A stretch of DNA of 64,000 nucleotides from an uncultured Pseudomonadales bacterium (GCA_964422035.1 CAYQZQ010000002.1:1612-65611); one strand, 5' to 3'. Shown: positions 45,556 through 55,213, numbered from the stretch's first letter. Program-made: numbers and translations. Notes: a model not told the origin generated them from the letters alone.

Positions 45556-46048
45556 AGATTTTTATAAAAAAAATGTGATTGAGGTAGCTGAGAATTTATT
45601 GGGAAAGAAGTTGGTTAGGGAATTTGAGAGCGGAGAGAGATTTGAAGATTTGATAGCGGAGGTTGAGGCATATGGCGGAGAAGAAGACCTGGCTTCTCAT
45701 GCAAGATTTGGCAAGACGGATAGAAATAAAATTATGTATGACAAGCCGGGATTGGTGTATGTGTATTTGATTTATGGAATGCACTGGATGCTTAATGTGG
45801 TAACTGGAAAGGAAGGTGGCGCGCAAGCAGTTTTAATAAGGGGAACAAAGAAAATATCTGGACCAGGCAAATTGGGTAATAAGCTTGAGCTGGACAGGAG
45901 TTTTTATGGTGAAGATCTGGTGGAAAGTAGTAGGATCTGGCTTGAGGAGGGAGAGGGGGTAGGTGATGATGAAATTAGTCGTAAATTGAGGGTAGGGGTA
46001 GATTATGCGGGAGAATGGGCCATGAAAAAGTGGCGATTGGTATGGTAG
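45542..46048 (+). CDS. DNA-3-methyladenine glycosylase (Mpg/AAG family)
   Basis: 168 aa. IAEVEAYGGEEDLASHARFGKTDRNKIMYDKPGLVYVYLIYGMHWMLNVV matches the Mpg core (ETEAY.G..D.ASH...G.T.RN..MF...G..YVY..YG.H..NV). Confidence 0.75.
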   Translation: MRLSRDFYKKNVIEVAENLLGKKLVREFESGERFEDLIAEVEAYGGEEDLASHARFGKTDRNKIMYDKPGLVYVYLIYGMHWMLNVVTGKEGGAQAVLIRGTKKISGPGKLGNKLELDRSFYGEDLVESSRIWLEEGEGVGDDEISRKLRVGVDYAGEWAMKKWRLVW

Positions 46049-46057
46049 ACTAAAAAA

Positions 46058-46951
46058 GTGAGTAAAGTGAAGAAAGCAGTTATCCCAGCAGCAGGATTTG
46101 GCACGAGATTTTTGCCCCAAACCAAAGCTATGCCTAAAGAGATGCTTCCGATAGTGGACAAGCCGGTAATTCAGTATGTTGTAGAGGAGTTGGTTGAGGC
46201 TGGTATTAGAGATATCATTATGGTGACTGGATATCATAAAAGAAGTATTGAGGATCATTTTGATGAGCCAAGCGATGCTTTGGTTGATAATTTAAAAATG
46301 GCTGGGGATAGAAAGAAACACTTACTGGAGGATGTTAAAGAGGTTTCAAATTTGGCCAACTTTGTTTATGTAAGACAAAAAGGTCCTTATGGTAATGGAA
46401 CTCCTCTTTTGAATGTGAGACATTTGATTGGTGATGAGCCATTTATTTATACCTGGAGTGATGACTTTATTTGGTCAGAGAAGGGTCAGACTAAGCAATT
46501 AATTGAAGCTTATGAAAAGTATGGAGTAAGTTGTATGGCTAGTATTAAAGCTGAGGAAGACGAGGATTATAATCGATATGGATTTGCGGGAGGGCATGAG
46601 ATAGAGGAGGGAATAATTGATATAGATAAGATTGTCGAGAAGCCTGGCAAGGATAAGGCTCCGTCTGATTTGGCTAATGTGAGCGGGCACTTGTTTACAC
46701 CTCAGATATTTGATTATTTGGAGCCGGCTCTAAAGAGTAGGGGTGAGGGAGAAGAGCTGTATTATAATGATGCTTTAAAGTTGATGCTTGAAGATGGAAT
46801 TAGAATACTGGCGGTAGAGATTCAAGGAGGGACTTATTACGATACGGGTAATAAGTTGGAGTATTTGAAAACAGTGGTGGATTTTGCACTAAGACATGAG
46901 AAGATTAATGGAAGGTTTAGAAAATTTTTGGAAAAAGTAGTGAGTGAGTGA
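46058..46951 (+). CDS. galU: UTP--glucose-1-phosphate uridylyltransferase
   Basis: 297 aa. N-terminal KAVIPAAGFGTRFLPQTKAMPKEMLPIVDKPVIQY (GalU signature). Confidence 0.85.
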   Translation: MSKVKKAVIPAAGFGTRFLPQTKAMPKEMLPIVDKPVIQYVVEELVEAGIRDIIMVTGYHKRSIEDHFDEPSDALVDNLKMAGDRKKHLLEDVKEVSNLANFVYVRQKGPYGNGTPLLNVRHLIGDEPFIYTWSDDFIWSEKGQTKQLIEAYEKYGVSCMASIKAEEDEDYNRYGFAGGHEIEEGIIDIDKIVEKPGKDKAPSDLANVSGHLFTPQIFDYLEPALKSRGEGEELYYNDALKLMLEDGIRILAVEIQGGTYYDTGNKLEYLKTVVDFALRHEKINGRFRKFLEKVVSE

Positions 46952-47531
46952 TAAGCTTAGCTTAATGACAAATTGGGGTAAGGAAAGAAAGTTAATAGCT
47001 CATCAATTGGTTTTATTTGGTGTTTTGTTGTCTTTGACTGGTTGGAGGCTGTTGACGGATAAGTGGAACTTGGGAATGGATGTATATAAGTGGTGGATGG
47101 GGGCTGTGGTGGGGTTTTTGTTTGTATTTACTGACAGGCTGGTTTGGGCATTTTGGCAGAAACCGGATGAGACTTTGGCAGTAAAGATGAAGGAGTTGTT
47201 TTCGGGTGGAAAGTTGTTGGAGGGGTTGATTTTATCTTTAGAAGAGAGGCGAGAGCAGAAAAAGATGATGATCAGGAGTATTTTGTTTTTGGTGATTTGG
47301 ATTGTGCTGACGATTTTGGTGTTAACGAGTACTGTTAGAAGTTTTCCCAGAGGGTTTATGTTGGGGATGGGTTTGCATTTAGGATTTGATTTGATCAGTG
47401 ATTATCTAGGTAAGGGAAGAGATGTTAAGTGGTGGATGTGGCAAGTAAAGGGGGAGTGGGGAGATAGAGAGATAAACTGGATTGTATGGGGGTATATGTT
47501 TTTCTTGGTTGTTTTGGGGCTTTCTTTGTAG
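46944..47531 (+). CDS. Hypothetical membrane protein (4 TM)
   Basis: 195-aa Trp-rich ORF that overlaps the galU stop. No recognisable domain. Confidence 0.35.
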   Translation: MSDKLSLMTNWGKERKLIAHQLVLFGVLLSLTGWRLLTDKWNLGMDVYKWWMGAVVGFLFVFTDRLVWAFWQKPDETLAVKMKELFSGGKLLEGLILSLEERREQKKMMIRSILFLVIWIVLTILVLTSTVRSFPRGFMLGMGLHLGFDLISDYLGKGRDVKWWMWQVKGEWGDREINWIVWGYMFFLVVLGLSL

Positions 47532-47594
47532 GGCTTGACAGCTAATACCCCAAGGGGTATATAATAATGAATGGAGATTAATTTATTTTAAAAA

Positions 47595-47837
47595 ATGAAA
47601 GAAGAAGAACAAAAAAGATTACAACAGATGTTAAGAAGAATTCAGGGGCAGGTCGGGGGTATAGAAAAGATGCTTGATAAGGGTAGAAGCTGTGAGGACT
47701 TATTGACTCAACTTTCAGCGTCGATGAGTTCTTTAAAGACAGTGGCTCGAACAATTTTGGCTGAGGAGGCAACAAAATGCAATAAGTCAGAAGAGGCAAA
47801 GAAAGATTATGCGGCTTTGTTGAGAAGATTTTTCTAG
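47595..47837 (+). CDS. CsoR/RcnR/FrmR-family metal- or stress-sensing transcriptional repressor (DUF156)
   Basis: 80 aa. LRRIQGQVGGIEKMLDKGRSCEDLLTQLSA has the conserved Cys in the W-x-y-z sensing position. A second Cys (KCNKSE) lies near the C-terminus. Confidence 0.65.
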   Translation: MKEEEQKRLQQMLRRIQGQVGGIEKMLDKGRSCEDLLTQLSASMSSLKTVARTILAEEATKCNKSEEAKKDYAALLRRFF

Positions 47838-47880
47838 ATGGTAAAGTAGATAATTGTGATTATTAATTTACAAAAATTCT

Positions 47881-48201
47881 ATGGCAGTTAAAAAAATTGA
47901 AGACGCAAATTTTCAAGAAGAAGTTTTGAAGTCAGATGTTCCGGTGTTAGTTGATTATTATGCAGATTGGTGTGGTCCATGTAAGATGGCAGCTCCGATT
48001 ATTGAAGAGCTAGCTGAGGAATATGAAGGTAAAGTAAAAATTGGAAAGCTTGATGTTGACCAAAACCAGCAAACAGCTGCCAAGTATGGAGTAATGAGTA
48101 TTCCTACAGTGGTGATGTTTAAAGATGGTGAGGAAGTTGATAGATTAGTAGGTTTTAGAGGGCGAGAGGGTTATGAGAGCATGATTGAAAAGCAAGTCTA
48201 G
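47881..48201 (+). CDS. trxA: Thioredoxin
   Basis: 106 aa. WCGPCKM active site and a thioredoxin-fold length. Confidence 0.85.
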   Translation: MAVKKIEDANFQEEVLKSDVPVLVDYYADWCGPCKMAAPIIEELAEEYEGKVKIGKLDVDQNQQTAAKYGVMSIPTVVMFKDGEEVDRLVGFRGREGYESMIEKQV

Positions 48202-48223
48202 AATTAATAATTGCTTTTTTAAA

Positions 48224-49198
48224 ATGAACGAGACTAAAGATGTAGTTGTAATTGGTGGAGGTCCGGCGGGGTTATCGGCGGCTATATATCTGGGAAGAGC
48301 AAAGCTTAAAACACTTGTTTTAGCTGGAGAAGAAGCTGGTGGGCAGTTGATGTTAACTACTGATGTAGAGAACTACCCTGGTTTTTCCGAGGGGATTCAG
48401 GGTCCTGAGTTGATGGAAGAGATGAGAAAGCAAGCAGAAAGATTTGGTGCTGAGATTGTAAATAAAGATGTTGAAGAGATGGAAGTCGATGGTGGGGTAA
48501 AAATAGTTAAGGTGAGAGGAGAAGAATACAAAGCAAAGACGCTGGTTGTAACAACAGGAGCAAAAGCAAGAATGTTGGAGATAGGTGAAGAGGATCTTTT
48601 GGGCAAGGGTGTTAGCACTTGTGCGGTTTGTGATGCAGCCTTTTTTAAAGGGAAAAAGACTTTTGTAGTCGGAGGAGGAGATGCAGCTATGGAGGATGCC
48701 CTAGCTTTAAAAAAACATGCTGATGAGGTGACTATTATTCACAGAAGAGATAAGTTGCGGGCAAGTAAGATAATGGAGGAGAGAGTTTTGGAAGAAGCTG
48801 GTATTCCAGTTATGTGGAATAGTGAGGTTGTTGATGTTAAGGGTGAGAATAGGCTTGAGAAGATTAAGACTGTTAATAAGGAGAATGGTGAAGAGGAGTG
48901 GCTAGGTGCAGATGGTTTGTTCTTGGCAATAGGTCATCTACCAGCTACTGATTTTATTGGTGACAAATTAGAAAGAGATAATCATGGGTATTTGGTAACC
49001 CGAATGGTTAAAGATGGAATTGAGCAAAAGAAGGAGTGGTTGGAAGGATATCCAACGCAGACTAATGTGGAAGGAGTATTTGGAGCTGGTGATGTGGTTG
49101 ATTTTAGATACAGACAAGCGGTGACGGCTGCAGGGCAAGGAGTGATGGCGGCGTTGGATGTAGAAAAGTTTTTAACTGGTGAGATTAGTGGTTGGTAA
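48224..49198 (+). CDS. trxB: Thioredoxin-disulfide reductase
   Basis: VVVIGGGPAGLSAAIY (FAD), redox CAVCD (CxxC), GGGDAAMEDA (NADPH). Start was placed at MNETKD inside ORF 48185..49198. Confidence 0.85.
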   Translation: MNETKDVVVIGGGPAGLSAAIYLGRAKLKTLVLAGEEAGGQLMLTTDVENYPGFSEGIQGPELMEEMRKQAERFGAEIVNKDVEEMEVDGGVKIVKVRGEEYKAKTLVVTTGAKARMLEIGEEDLLGKGVSTCAVCDAAFFKGKKTFVVGGGDAAMEDALALKKHADEVTIIHRRDKLRASKIMEERVLEEAGIPVMWNSEVVDVKGENRLEKIKTVNKENGEEEWLGADGLFLAIGHLPATDFIGDKLERDNHGYLVTRMVKDGIEQKKEWLEGYPTQTNVEGVFGAGDVVDFRYRQAVTAAGQGVMAALDVEKFLTGEISGW

Positions 49199-49287
49199 AT
49201 CTGATTGTGTGGATTTATTTATAAAGTTTCTAGGAAGTTGTATTTGTTTTTTTGAAAAGCCGAAAAATAGTAAGCTATAATATAGGC

Positions 49288-50772
49288 ATGTCAAAAGGAA
49301 GATTAGGTCAAATCATTACAGAAAGAAAAGAGAAAATTAAAGACTTGCGCTCTATGGGCATTAATCCCTATCCAGCTCAGAGCGAGCGCGATGAAAAAAT
49401 TGGGAAAGTAGTGGATGAATTTGAGAAGTTTGAAGGGGAGAAGATGATTTTGGTAGGTAGATTGGTGGGGTGGAGAGAGCACGGCAAGGTAGTGTTTGGC
49501 GATTTGATGGATGAGACAGGGAAGATGCAATTGTTCATCAAAGAAGGTGTTATGGGAGAAACTCGGGTTGAAGAGGGGTTTTTAGGTTTTGAAGATTTAC
49601 GACTTGTTGATGTGGGAGATTTTGTCCAAGTTAGAGGCGAGGTTGTTAAAACTCAAACAGGTGAGATTTCACTATTAGTTGAAGATTTGAAGATGTTGAC
49701 TAAGTCGTTGAGGCCGTTGCCTGAAAAATGGGAGGGAATTAAGGATTCAGAGACAAGAATGAGAAAAAGATATCTAGATTTGTTAATGGATGAAAAGAAA
49801 AGAGACAGGTTTGTCAGAAAGGCGAAGTTTTGGCAAGCTAACCAAAGGTTTTTAGAAGATAATGGCTTTATTAAAGTTGAAGTGCCTGTTTTGGAACATG
49901 TGACGGGAGGAGCTGATGCTCGCCCTTTTGAGACACACATGAATGTTTTAGATGAGGAGTTTTATTTGAGAATTTCAACTGAATTGAAGCAAAAAAGGTT
50001 GTTGGCAGCGGGAATGGAGAAGGTATATACTTTGGGTCCTAATTTTAGAAACGAAGGAATCGATGATGAACATTTGCCAGAGTATCATCAGGTTGAGTGG
50101 TACTGGGCGTATGCTGATTATAAAGACAACATGGATTTTGTGAAGAAGTGTTTTAGATATATTGCTGAAGAGGTATATGGGAAAACTGAGTTTAAGACAA
50201 GAGGTCATGAGTTTGATTTGAGTGATGAGTGGGAAGAGATTGATTACGTAAAAGTGATTGAAGAAAGGTTGGGTGTAGATATTTGGGAGGATGATGATGA
50301 GAAGATGCTGGGAGTGATAAATGAGCATGGAGTTGATTTAAATGAAGGGCAGATTAATAAAAACAGGTTGGTAGATAATTTGTGGAAGATAATCAGAAAA
50401 GATATTTCAGGGCCAGCTTTTTTGATGAATGTGCCTAAGTTTATGTCGCCTTTGGCTAAAGAGAAAAGTGATGATGAAAAACTGACAGAGCGTTTTCAGG
50501 TGGTGATTGCCGGGAGTGAGCTGGGTAATGGCTACAGTGAGTTAAATGATCCGGTTGATCAAAGAGAGCGATTTGAGGACCAGCAAAAGAAAAGAGAAGA
50601 GGGAGATGAAGAAGCGCAGATGATGGATGAGGGTTTTGTGGAGATGCTTGAATATGGAATGCCGCCGGCATCTGGATGGGGTCATAGTGAAAGACTGTTT
50701 TGGTATTTGGAGGATGTGTCGGCTAAAGAAGGGGTGTTGTTTGTGCCTTTGAAGAGGAAGGAGAGTTTATAG
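49288..50772 (+). CDS. lysS: Lysyl-tRNA synthetase (class II)
   Basis: N-terminal OB anticodon-binding domain and class II motifs 1-3 (FIKVEVPVLE, YLRISTELKQKRL, GWGHSERL). Start was placed at MSKGRLGQ inside ORF 49252..50772. Confidence 0.9.
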   Translation: MSKGRLGQIITERKEKIKDLRSMGINPYPAQSERDEKIGKVVDEFEKFEGEKMILVGRLVGWREHGKVVFGDLMDETGKMQLFIKEGVMGETRVEEGFLGFEDLRLVDVGDFVQVRGEVVKTQTGEISLLVEDLKMLTKSLRPLPEKWEGIKDSETRMRKRYLDLLMDEKKRDRFVRKAKFWQANQRFLEDNGFIKVEVPVLEHVTGGADARPFETHMNVLDEEFYLRISTELKQKRLLAAGMEKVYTLGPNFRNEGIDDEHLPEYHQVEWYWAYADYKDNMDFVKKCFRYIAEEVYGKTEFKTRGHEFDLSDEWEEIDYVKVIEERLGVDIWEDDDEKMLGVINEHGVDLNEGQINKNRLVDNLWKIIRKDISGPAFLMNVPKFMSPLAKEKSDDEKLTERFQVVIAGSELGNGYSELNDPVDQRERFEDQQKKREEGDEEAQMMDEGFVEMLEYGMPPASGWGHSERLFWYLEDVSAKEGVLFVPLKRKESL

Positions 50773-50793
50773 AGTTATTAAATAGTTGATATT

Positions 50794-52005
50794 ATGAATA
50801 ATATATGGTCTGATCTAAAATGGAGAGGTTTGGTCTATGACGCTACTGCGGATCTTGAGGAGCAGTTGAAAGATGGTGTTACCTTGTATTATGGAATTGA
50901 TCCAACAGGTAAGAGTTTGCATATTGGTCACCTTTTGGGAGTTAGTTTGTTGAAAAGATTTTGGGAATCAGGACATAAGGTAATTGTGGTTATGGGAGGA
51001 GGGACAGCAATGATTGGTGATCCTTCTGGAAAAGATGAAGAGAGACCTGTTGTGGCTAAAGACAAGGTTGAGAGTAATAAGAAAAAAATTAAAAAGCAAC
51101 TTGAGAGTTTTTTGGATTTTGATAATGAAGAAGTAATCATGGTTGATAATGCGGACTGGCTTGAAGAGGTAAGATTGATTGATTTTTTGAGAAAGGTGGG
51201 TAAAAACATGCCAGTTAATTCAATGTTAAGCAAAGAATCGGTTAAAACTAGATTAGAGAGAGAGCAGGGGATGTCTTATGCCGAGTTTTCATATCAGTTA
51301 CTGCAGTCTTATGATTATTGGAAGTTGTTTGATGAGTACGGATGTAACCTACAAATTGGTGGTTCTGATCAGTGGGGGAATATTCTACAAGGAGTGGATT
51401 TGATTAGGAGGGCAGAGGAAGAGCAAGTTCATGGTTTGGCATATCCATTAATTGTTGATCCTTCGACAGGTAAGAAGTTTGGTAAGACGGCAGATGGAGC
51501 AGCTATTTGGTTAGATGAGGATAAAACGCACCCCTTTGATTTATATCAATTTTTAGTTAATGTAAGTGACGATTTGGTTGAGGATTTGATAAAGTACTAT
51601 TCGTTCAAAAAGCAGGAGGAAATTGAGAAGATTATTTCATTTTGGAGGGGTAAAGAGCATGAGAGGTTGTTACAGAGAGAATTGGCATTTGAAATTGTCA
51701 GTTTAGTGCATGGAAAGAAAGTGGCAGAGAGAGTAAGAAAGATAAGTCAGGTTTTGTATGAAAAAGGGAAAGATGAGTTGGGAGAAGGAGATTTTAAGTT
51801 ACTGGAAGAGGTTCTGGGGATAGTGGAAGTGAGTGAAAAAGATGTTGATATGATTAAGGCTTTGACTGAGACTGGATTAGCTTCATCAAATAGTGAGGCT
51901 ATGAGGTTGATTAAACAGAGCGCAGTGGAGATTAATTGGTATACAGATAAGTACGGATTGATAAGGAAGGGAAAGAGAGAATACGGTATAGTTAGAAAAA
52001 ATTGA
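50794..52005 (+). CDS. tyrS: Tyrosyl-tRNA synthetase
   Basis: 403 aa. HIGH (LHIGHLLG), KMSKS-equivalent KFGKT, and a C-terminal S4-like domain. Confidence 0.9.
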   Translation: MNNIWSDLKWRGLVYDATADLEEQLKDGVTLYYGIDPTGKSLHIGHLLGVSLLKRFWESGHKVIVVMGGGTAMIGDPSGKDEERPVVAKDKVESNKKKIKKQLESFLDFDNEEVIMVDNADWLEEVRLIDFLRKVGKNMPVNSMLSKESVKTRLEREQGMSYAEFSYQLLQSYDYWKLFDEYGCNLQIGGSDQWGNILQGVDLIRRAEEEQVHGLAYPLIVDPSTGKKFGKTADGAAIWLDEDKTHPFDLYQFLVNVSDDLVEDLIKYYSFKKQEEIEKIISFWRGKEHERLLQRELAFEIVSLVHGKKVAERVRKISQVLYEKGKDELGEGDFKLLEEVLGIVEVSEKDVDMIKALTETGLASSNSEAMRLIKQSAVEINWYTDKYGLIRKGKREYGIVRKN

Positions 52006-52033
52006 GCAGGGTAGGTTGTTTTTGAAAGATAAT

Positions 52034-52042
52034 TGGTATAAT
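52034..52042 (+). promoter_or_regulatory. Extended -10 promoter element (TGGTATAAT) upstream of the 7TM / ATP-grasp operon
   Basis: TGG at 52034-52036 plus TATAAT at 52037-52042, with a weak TTGTTT about 15 nt upstream. The ATG of the 7TM gene is at 52095. Confidence 0.4.
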
Positions 52043-52094
52043 TAAGAAAAGGTCCGCCTGATGATTGTGTTATCAATTTAATAAGAATTTGCCT

Positions 52095-52982
52095 ATGAGA
52101 AAGTCCTTTTTCATATTTTTATTGGTTATTTTACCTTTTTTTAGTTTAGGCACGATTTGGGCTCAAGAGCCGGATGATGCTAATTTATCTACTGAAGTAG
52201 CAACTGAGGCAGGATCTGCAAGCTCTTCAGCGGTGGTAATTATAGAGGAAAAAGAGAACTTAACTGAGCCTAAGCAGTCAAAAAGCAGGCTGGAAAGAGT
52301 GTTGGAGTCAAAGGATGTGGGAGAGTTGAGTGTAACTAATTTTTTACAGGTTGCGATAAGAAGAGCTGTTAGCCAGGGTGTGCCTGCAAATACGATTGTT
52401 TTGATGCTTTTGTTTCCTTTGGTGGCTGCGATTATTGCTGCGGCCAGGCATATTGTGGGGTTGAAAGGTTTTGGTATTTTTACTCCGGCTGTTATCTCGG
52501 TAGCGTTTCTGTCTACTGGTGTGGGTGTGGGTGTGTTGTTGTTTTTGGGGATTATTGTGGTAGCTACTTTAGGGCGAATGATTATTCGTAAGATGAGGCT
52601 GCCTTCTTTGCCCAGGCTGGCTTTGCTTTTGTGGTTTGTGTCATTGGGAGTGTTGGGGTTGATACTGGCTTCGCCCTGGTTGAATTTGAATAGCTTGATA
52701 ACCATCAGCATTTTCCCTATTTTGCTTTTGGTGCTGTTGGCTGAGACGTTTATCAGAGTTCAGATCACTAGAAGTTTCAGAGAAGCAATGAGGCAGACAT
52801 TCCAGACGTTTGTGTTGGCCTTGTTATCGTTTTTGGTGATGAGTACGCAAGCTTTGCAGGAATGGGTGCTTTTAAACCCGGAAATTTCGGTAATTATGAT
52901 TGCGGTGTTAAATATCATGATTGCCAAGTACGGTGGGCTAAGACTTTTGGAGATGTGGCGTTTTAGAAAGATAATTAAGTAA
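52095..52982 (+). CDS. Secreted N-domain + 7TM membrane protein, candidate 7TM module of an ATP-grasp amidoligase system (7TM_transglut-like)
   Basis: Signal peptide MRKSFFIFLLVILPFFSLGTIWAQE, an extracytoplasmic region of about 80 aa, then seven hydrophobic helices. Its stop is 4 nt before the ATP-grasp gene start. Start was placed at the signal-peptide Met inside ORF 52065..52982. Confidence 0.55.
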   Translation: MRKSFFIFLLVILPFFSLGTIWAQEPDDANLSTEVATEAGSASSSAVVIIEEKENLTEPKQSKSRLERVLESKDVGELSVTNFLQVAIRRAVSQGVPANTIVLMLLFPLVAAIIAAARHIVGLKGFGIFTPAVISVAFLSTGVGVGVLLFLGIIVVATLGRMIIRKMRLPSLPRLALLLWFVSLGVLGLILASPWLNLNSLITISIFPILLLVLLAETFIRVQITRSFREAMRQTFQTFVLALLSFLVMSTQALQEWVLLNPEISVIMIAVLNIMIAKYGGLRLLEMWRFRKIIK

Positions 52983-52986
52983 GGCA

Positions 52987-54321
52987 ATGGCCAAGTTAAG
53001 TGATATTCTAGGAATCAATGCGAGAAGTAAACATTATCTGAGACTGAATTACAAGCAGTCTCGGAGAATGGCGGATAGTAAGTTAAAATCCAAACTGTTT
53101 TTGGAAAAACATGACATTCCAGTTCCTGAGACGTATGCTTTGTTTGAGGATAGGGAAGAGGTTGATGAGTTTGACTGGTTAAGTCTAAATGGCGCTTTTG
53201 TAATAAAGCCGGTAAATGGACTAGGTGGTGAAGGAATTTTAGTGGTTAAGAAAAAAGCTAAATATGCAGGTGAGTGGTATTTGATGGATGGGAATAAGAT
53301 TAATTTTGAAGATTTGAAGTTGCACGCCAATGATGTTTTACAGGGAAGGTATAGTAAGAACAATTTACCTGATAAGGCTCTGGTTGAGAGAAGAATTAAG
53401 ATTCACCCAAAGTTTGGGAAAATTGCTAAAGGGGGTACTCCTGATATTAGGACGATTGTCTATAACAAAGTGCCTGTTATGGCAATGTTGAGGATACCAA
53501 CGGAGGAGAGTAAGGGAAAAAGTAACTTGCATCAGGGGGCTATTGGTTTAGGGGTGGATATGGCAACTGGAATTACTACCTATGGAGTGTGGCATGATAA
53601 TTTAATTAAGTATTTTCCGGGTACAAAAAAGAAGGTGAATGGTATTGTGGTTCCGCACTGGACGAAGATATTGGAGATAAGTAGTAAGATTCAACACGAA
53701 AGGCCTTGCCTGGGATATTTTGGAGCAGATATCTTGATTGATAAAGATGAGGGACCTCAGGTGATTGAGTTGAATGACCAACCAGGCTTGTCTATTCAGA
53801 TTTGTAATAAGGCAGGACTAAGAAGAAGGTTGGAGAGAGTAGAAGGATTGTATGTCGAGACGGTTGAGAAAGGAGTTAAAGTTACTAAAACTTTGTTTGC
53901 TAGTGGATTTGCCAGGAAAGTTAAGAGTGTGGGTGAAAGACCTACTATTGGAATTTTTGAGACGGCTAGAATTAAGCCAGGAGGGAAAAGAAAGAAGCGA
54001 GTGGATGTGTCGGTTAAAATTGATACCGGTGCGTATAGCAGTAGTATTGATAGGGAGTTGGCTAAGAGATTTAAGTTACTGAAGGATGAAAATGTATTAT
54101 ATGAGAAAACTTTTAAATCTTCGTTGGGCAGGGAGGAGAGAAAAGTAATAATGGTGGATTTGAAATTACGAGGGAAAAGAGTGAGAGCTAGAGCAAGTGT
54201 TACAGATCGATCTGGTTTGAGAAGGAAGATGATTTTAGGCAGAAGAGATTTAAGAGATTTTCTTGTTGATCCAGCACAGTTTAAGCCTCGAGATAGGTAT
54301 GGGGAGAAGATTGAAAAATAA
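52987..54321 (+). CDS. Fusion of an alpha-L-glutamate-ligase-related (RimK-like, 'sugar-transfer-associated') ATP-grasp domain and a C-terminal retropepsin-like DTGA aspartic-protease-like domain
   Basis: 444 aa. N-terminal ILGINARSKHYLRLNYKQSRRMADSKLKSKLFLEKHDIPVPETY, FVIKPVNGLGGEGILVV, DIRTIVYNKVPVMAMLRIPTEESKGKSNLHQGAIGLGVDMATGIT and ELNDQPGLSIQ are ATP-grasp blocks of the RimK-related family. The C-terminal 140 aa carry KIDTGAYSSSID (D-T-G-A), as in the RimK-associated putative-protease family. Confidence 0.7.
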   Translation: MAKLSDILGINARSKHYLRLNYKQSRRMADSKLKSKLFLEKHDIPVPETYALFEDREEVDEFDWLSLNGAFVIKPVNGLGGEGILVVKKKAKYAGEWYLMDGNKINFEDLKLHANDVLQGRYSKNNLPDKALVERRIKIHPKFGKIAKGGTPDIRTIVYNKVPVMAMLRIPTEESKGKSNLHQGAIGLGVDMATGITTYGVWHDNLIKYFPGTKKKVNGIVVPHWTKILEISSKIQHERPCLGYFGADILIDKDEGPQVIELNDQPGLSIQICNKAGLRRRLERVEGLYVETVEKGVKVTKTLFASGFARKVKSVGERPTIGIFETARIKPGGKRKKRVDVSVKIDTGAYSSSIDRELAKRFKLLKDENVLYEKTFKSSLGREERKVIMVDLKLRGKRVRARASVTDRSGLRRKMILGRRDLRDFLVDPAQFKPRDRYGEKIEK

Positions 54322-54328
54322 GATGTAG

Positions 54329-55213
54329 TTACTGGTTGTGTCTTTTTTCAAAGTGTTTGATGATGCTTAGAGCAATGTTGTGTTGGGTGTATTTTTCTAA
54401 GCCAGTGAACTGGGGACCTCTGTTTACTTCTAATACGTAAGGCTTGTTTGTTTGCTGGTGAAGCATAATGTCTATGCCGGCTATTTCGGTGTGAAGAAGT
54501 CGAGAGGTTTTTTCAGCGAGTTGCTTTATTTTGGGGTTGTCCTGTAGGGGGAAAGGTTTGGCGGTGCCTCCTTGGGAGATATTGGATTTAAAACTGTCAT
54601 TGGGTGGGATACGGTGCATGACACCTATGGCTTGATAGCCGACGGTGAAGACTCTAATGTCTCCGTTGTTGGGAATAAACTCTCTGAACATAAATGATTT
54701 TGATTTTTTGTTTTGGTTTATGATGTTGATTGCCTGCTCTTTGCTTTCTACTTTATATACTCCCTGCCCTCTTTGGCCGCCGGTTTTGATAATTAGAGGA
54801 AATCTGTGGTTTTTTAGAGCAGCATCTGCTTGATCTGGTGAAAGAATGGTTGTGGTATAGGGAAAGTTAATATCGTTTTGTTTTTGTTTTAAGAGTTCGT
54901 GGATAGGGGTAAAAAATAGGTTGTAGCTGGGGTCAATATATTTTTGTTCTATGATGGTTGTGTGGTGTGTTTGGTGAAGGTAATGGCAGGTAAGATACCA
55001 AGGCCATTTTCTTTTTCCTACAGCGAGCAGGTAGATAAGATCAAAGTTTTTTAGAGATTTATTGCTAATGGTGGGGTGAAATTTTTTATTGGATGAGTGA
55101 ATGATTAGATCTTTTGAGCTACAGTTTATAAGTTGATGATTGCGTTTTTCCCCTTCTTGTTTGAGGCGATTGAAGTTGCTACTAGTTGTTTTGCCGACAA
55201 CTAAAATTTTCAT
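54329..55213 (-). CDS. RimK/LysX-like ATP-grasp ligase, second ATP-grasp enzyme of the locus, convergent
   Basis: 295 aa from MKILVVGK. FPLIIKTGGQRGQGVYKV (ATP-binding loop), FMFREFIPNNGDIRVFTVGYQAIGVMHRIPPNDSFKSNISQGGT and GIDIMLHQQTNKPYVLEVNRGPQF (Mg/ATP-grasp C-terminal motif). The upstream in-frame extension to 55369 was rejected because it overlaps mnmA. Confidence 0.7.
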   Translation of the reverse strand: MKILVVGKTTSSNFNRLKQEGEKRNHQLINCSSKDLIIHSSNKKFHPTISNKSLKNFDLIYLLAVGKRKWPWYLTCHYLHQTHHTTIIEQKYIDPSYNLFFTPIHELLKQKQNDINFPYTTTILSPDQADAALKNHRFPLIIKTGGQRGQGVYKVESKEQAINIINQNKKSKSFMFREFIPNNGDIRVFTVGYQAIGVMHRIPPNDSFKSNISQGGTAKPFPLQDNPKIKQLAEKTSRLLHTEIAGIDIMLHQQTNKPYVLEVNRGPQFTGLEKYTQHNIALSIIKHFEKRHNQ

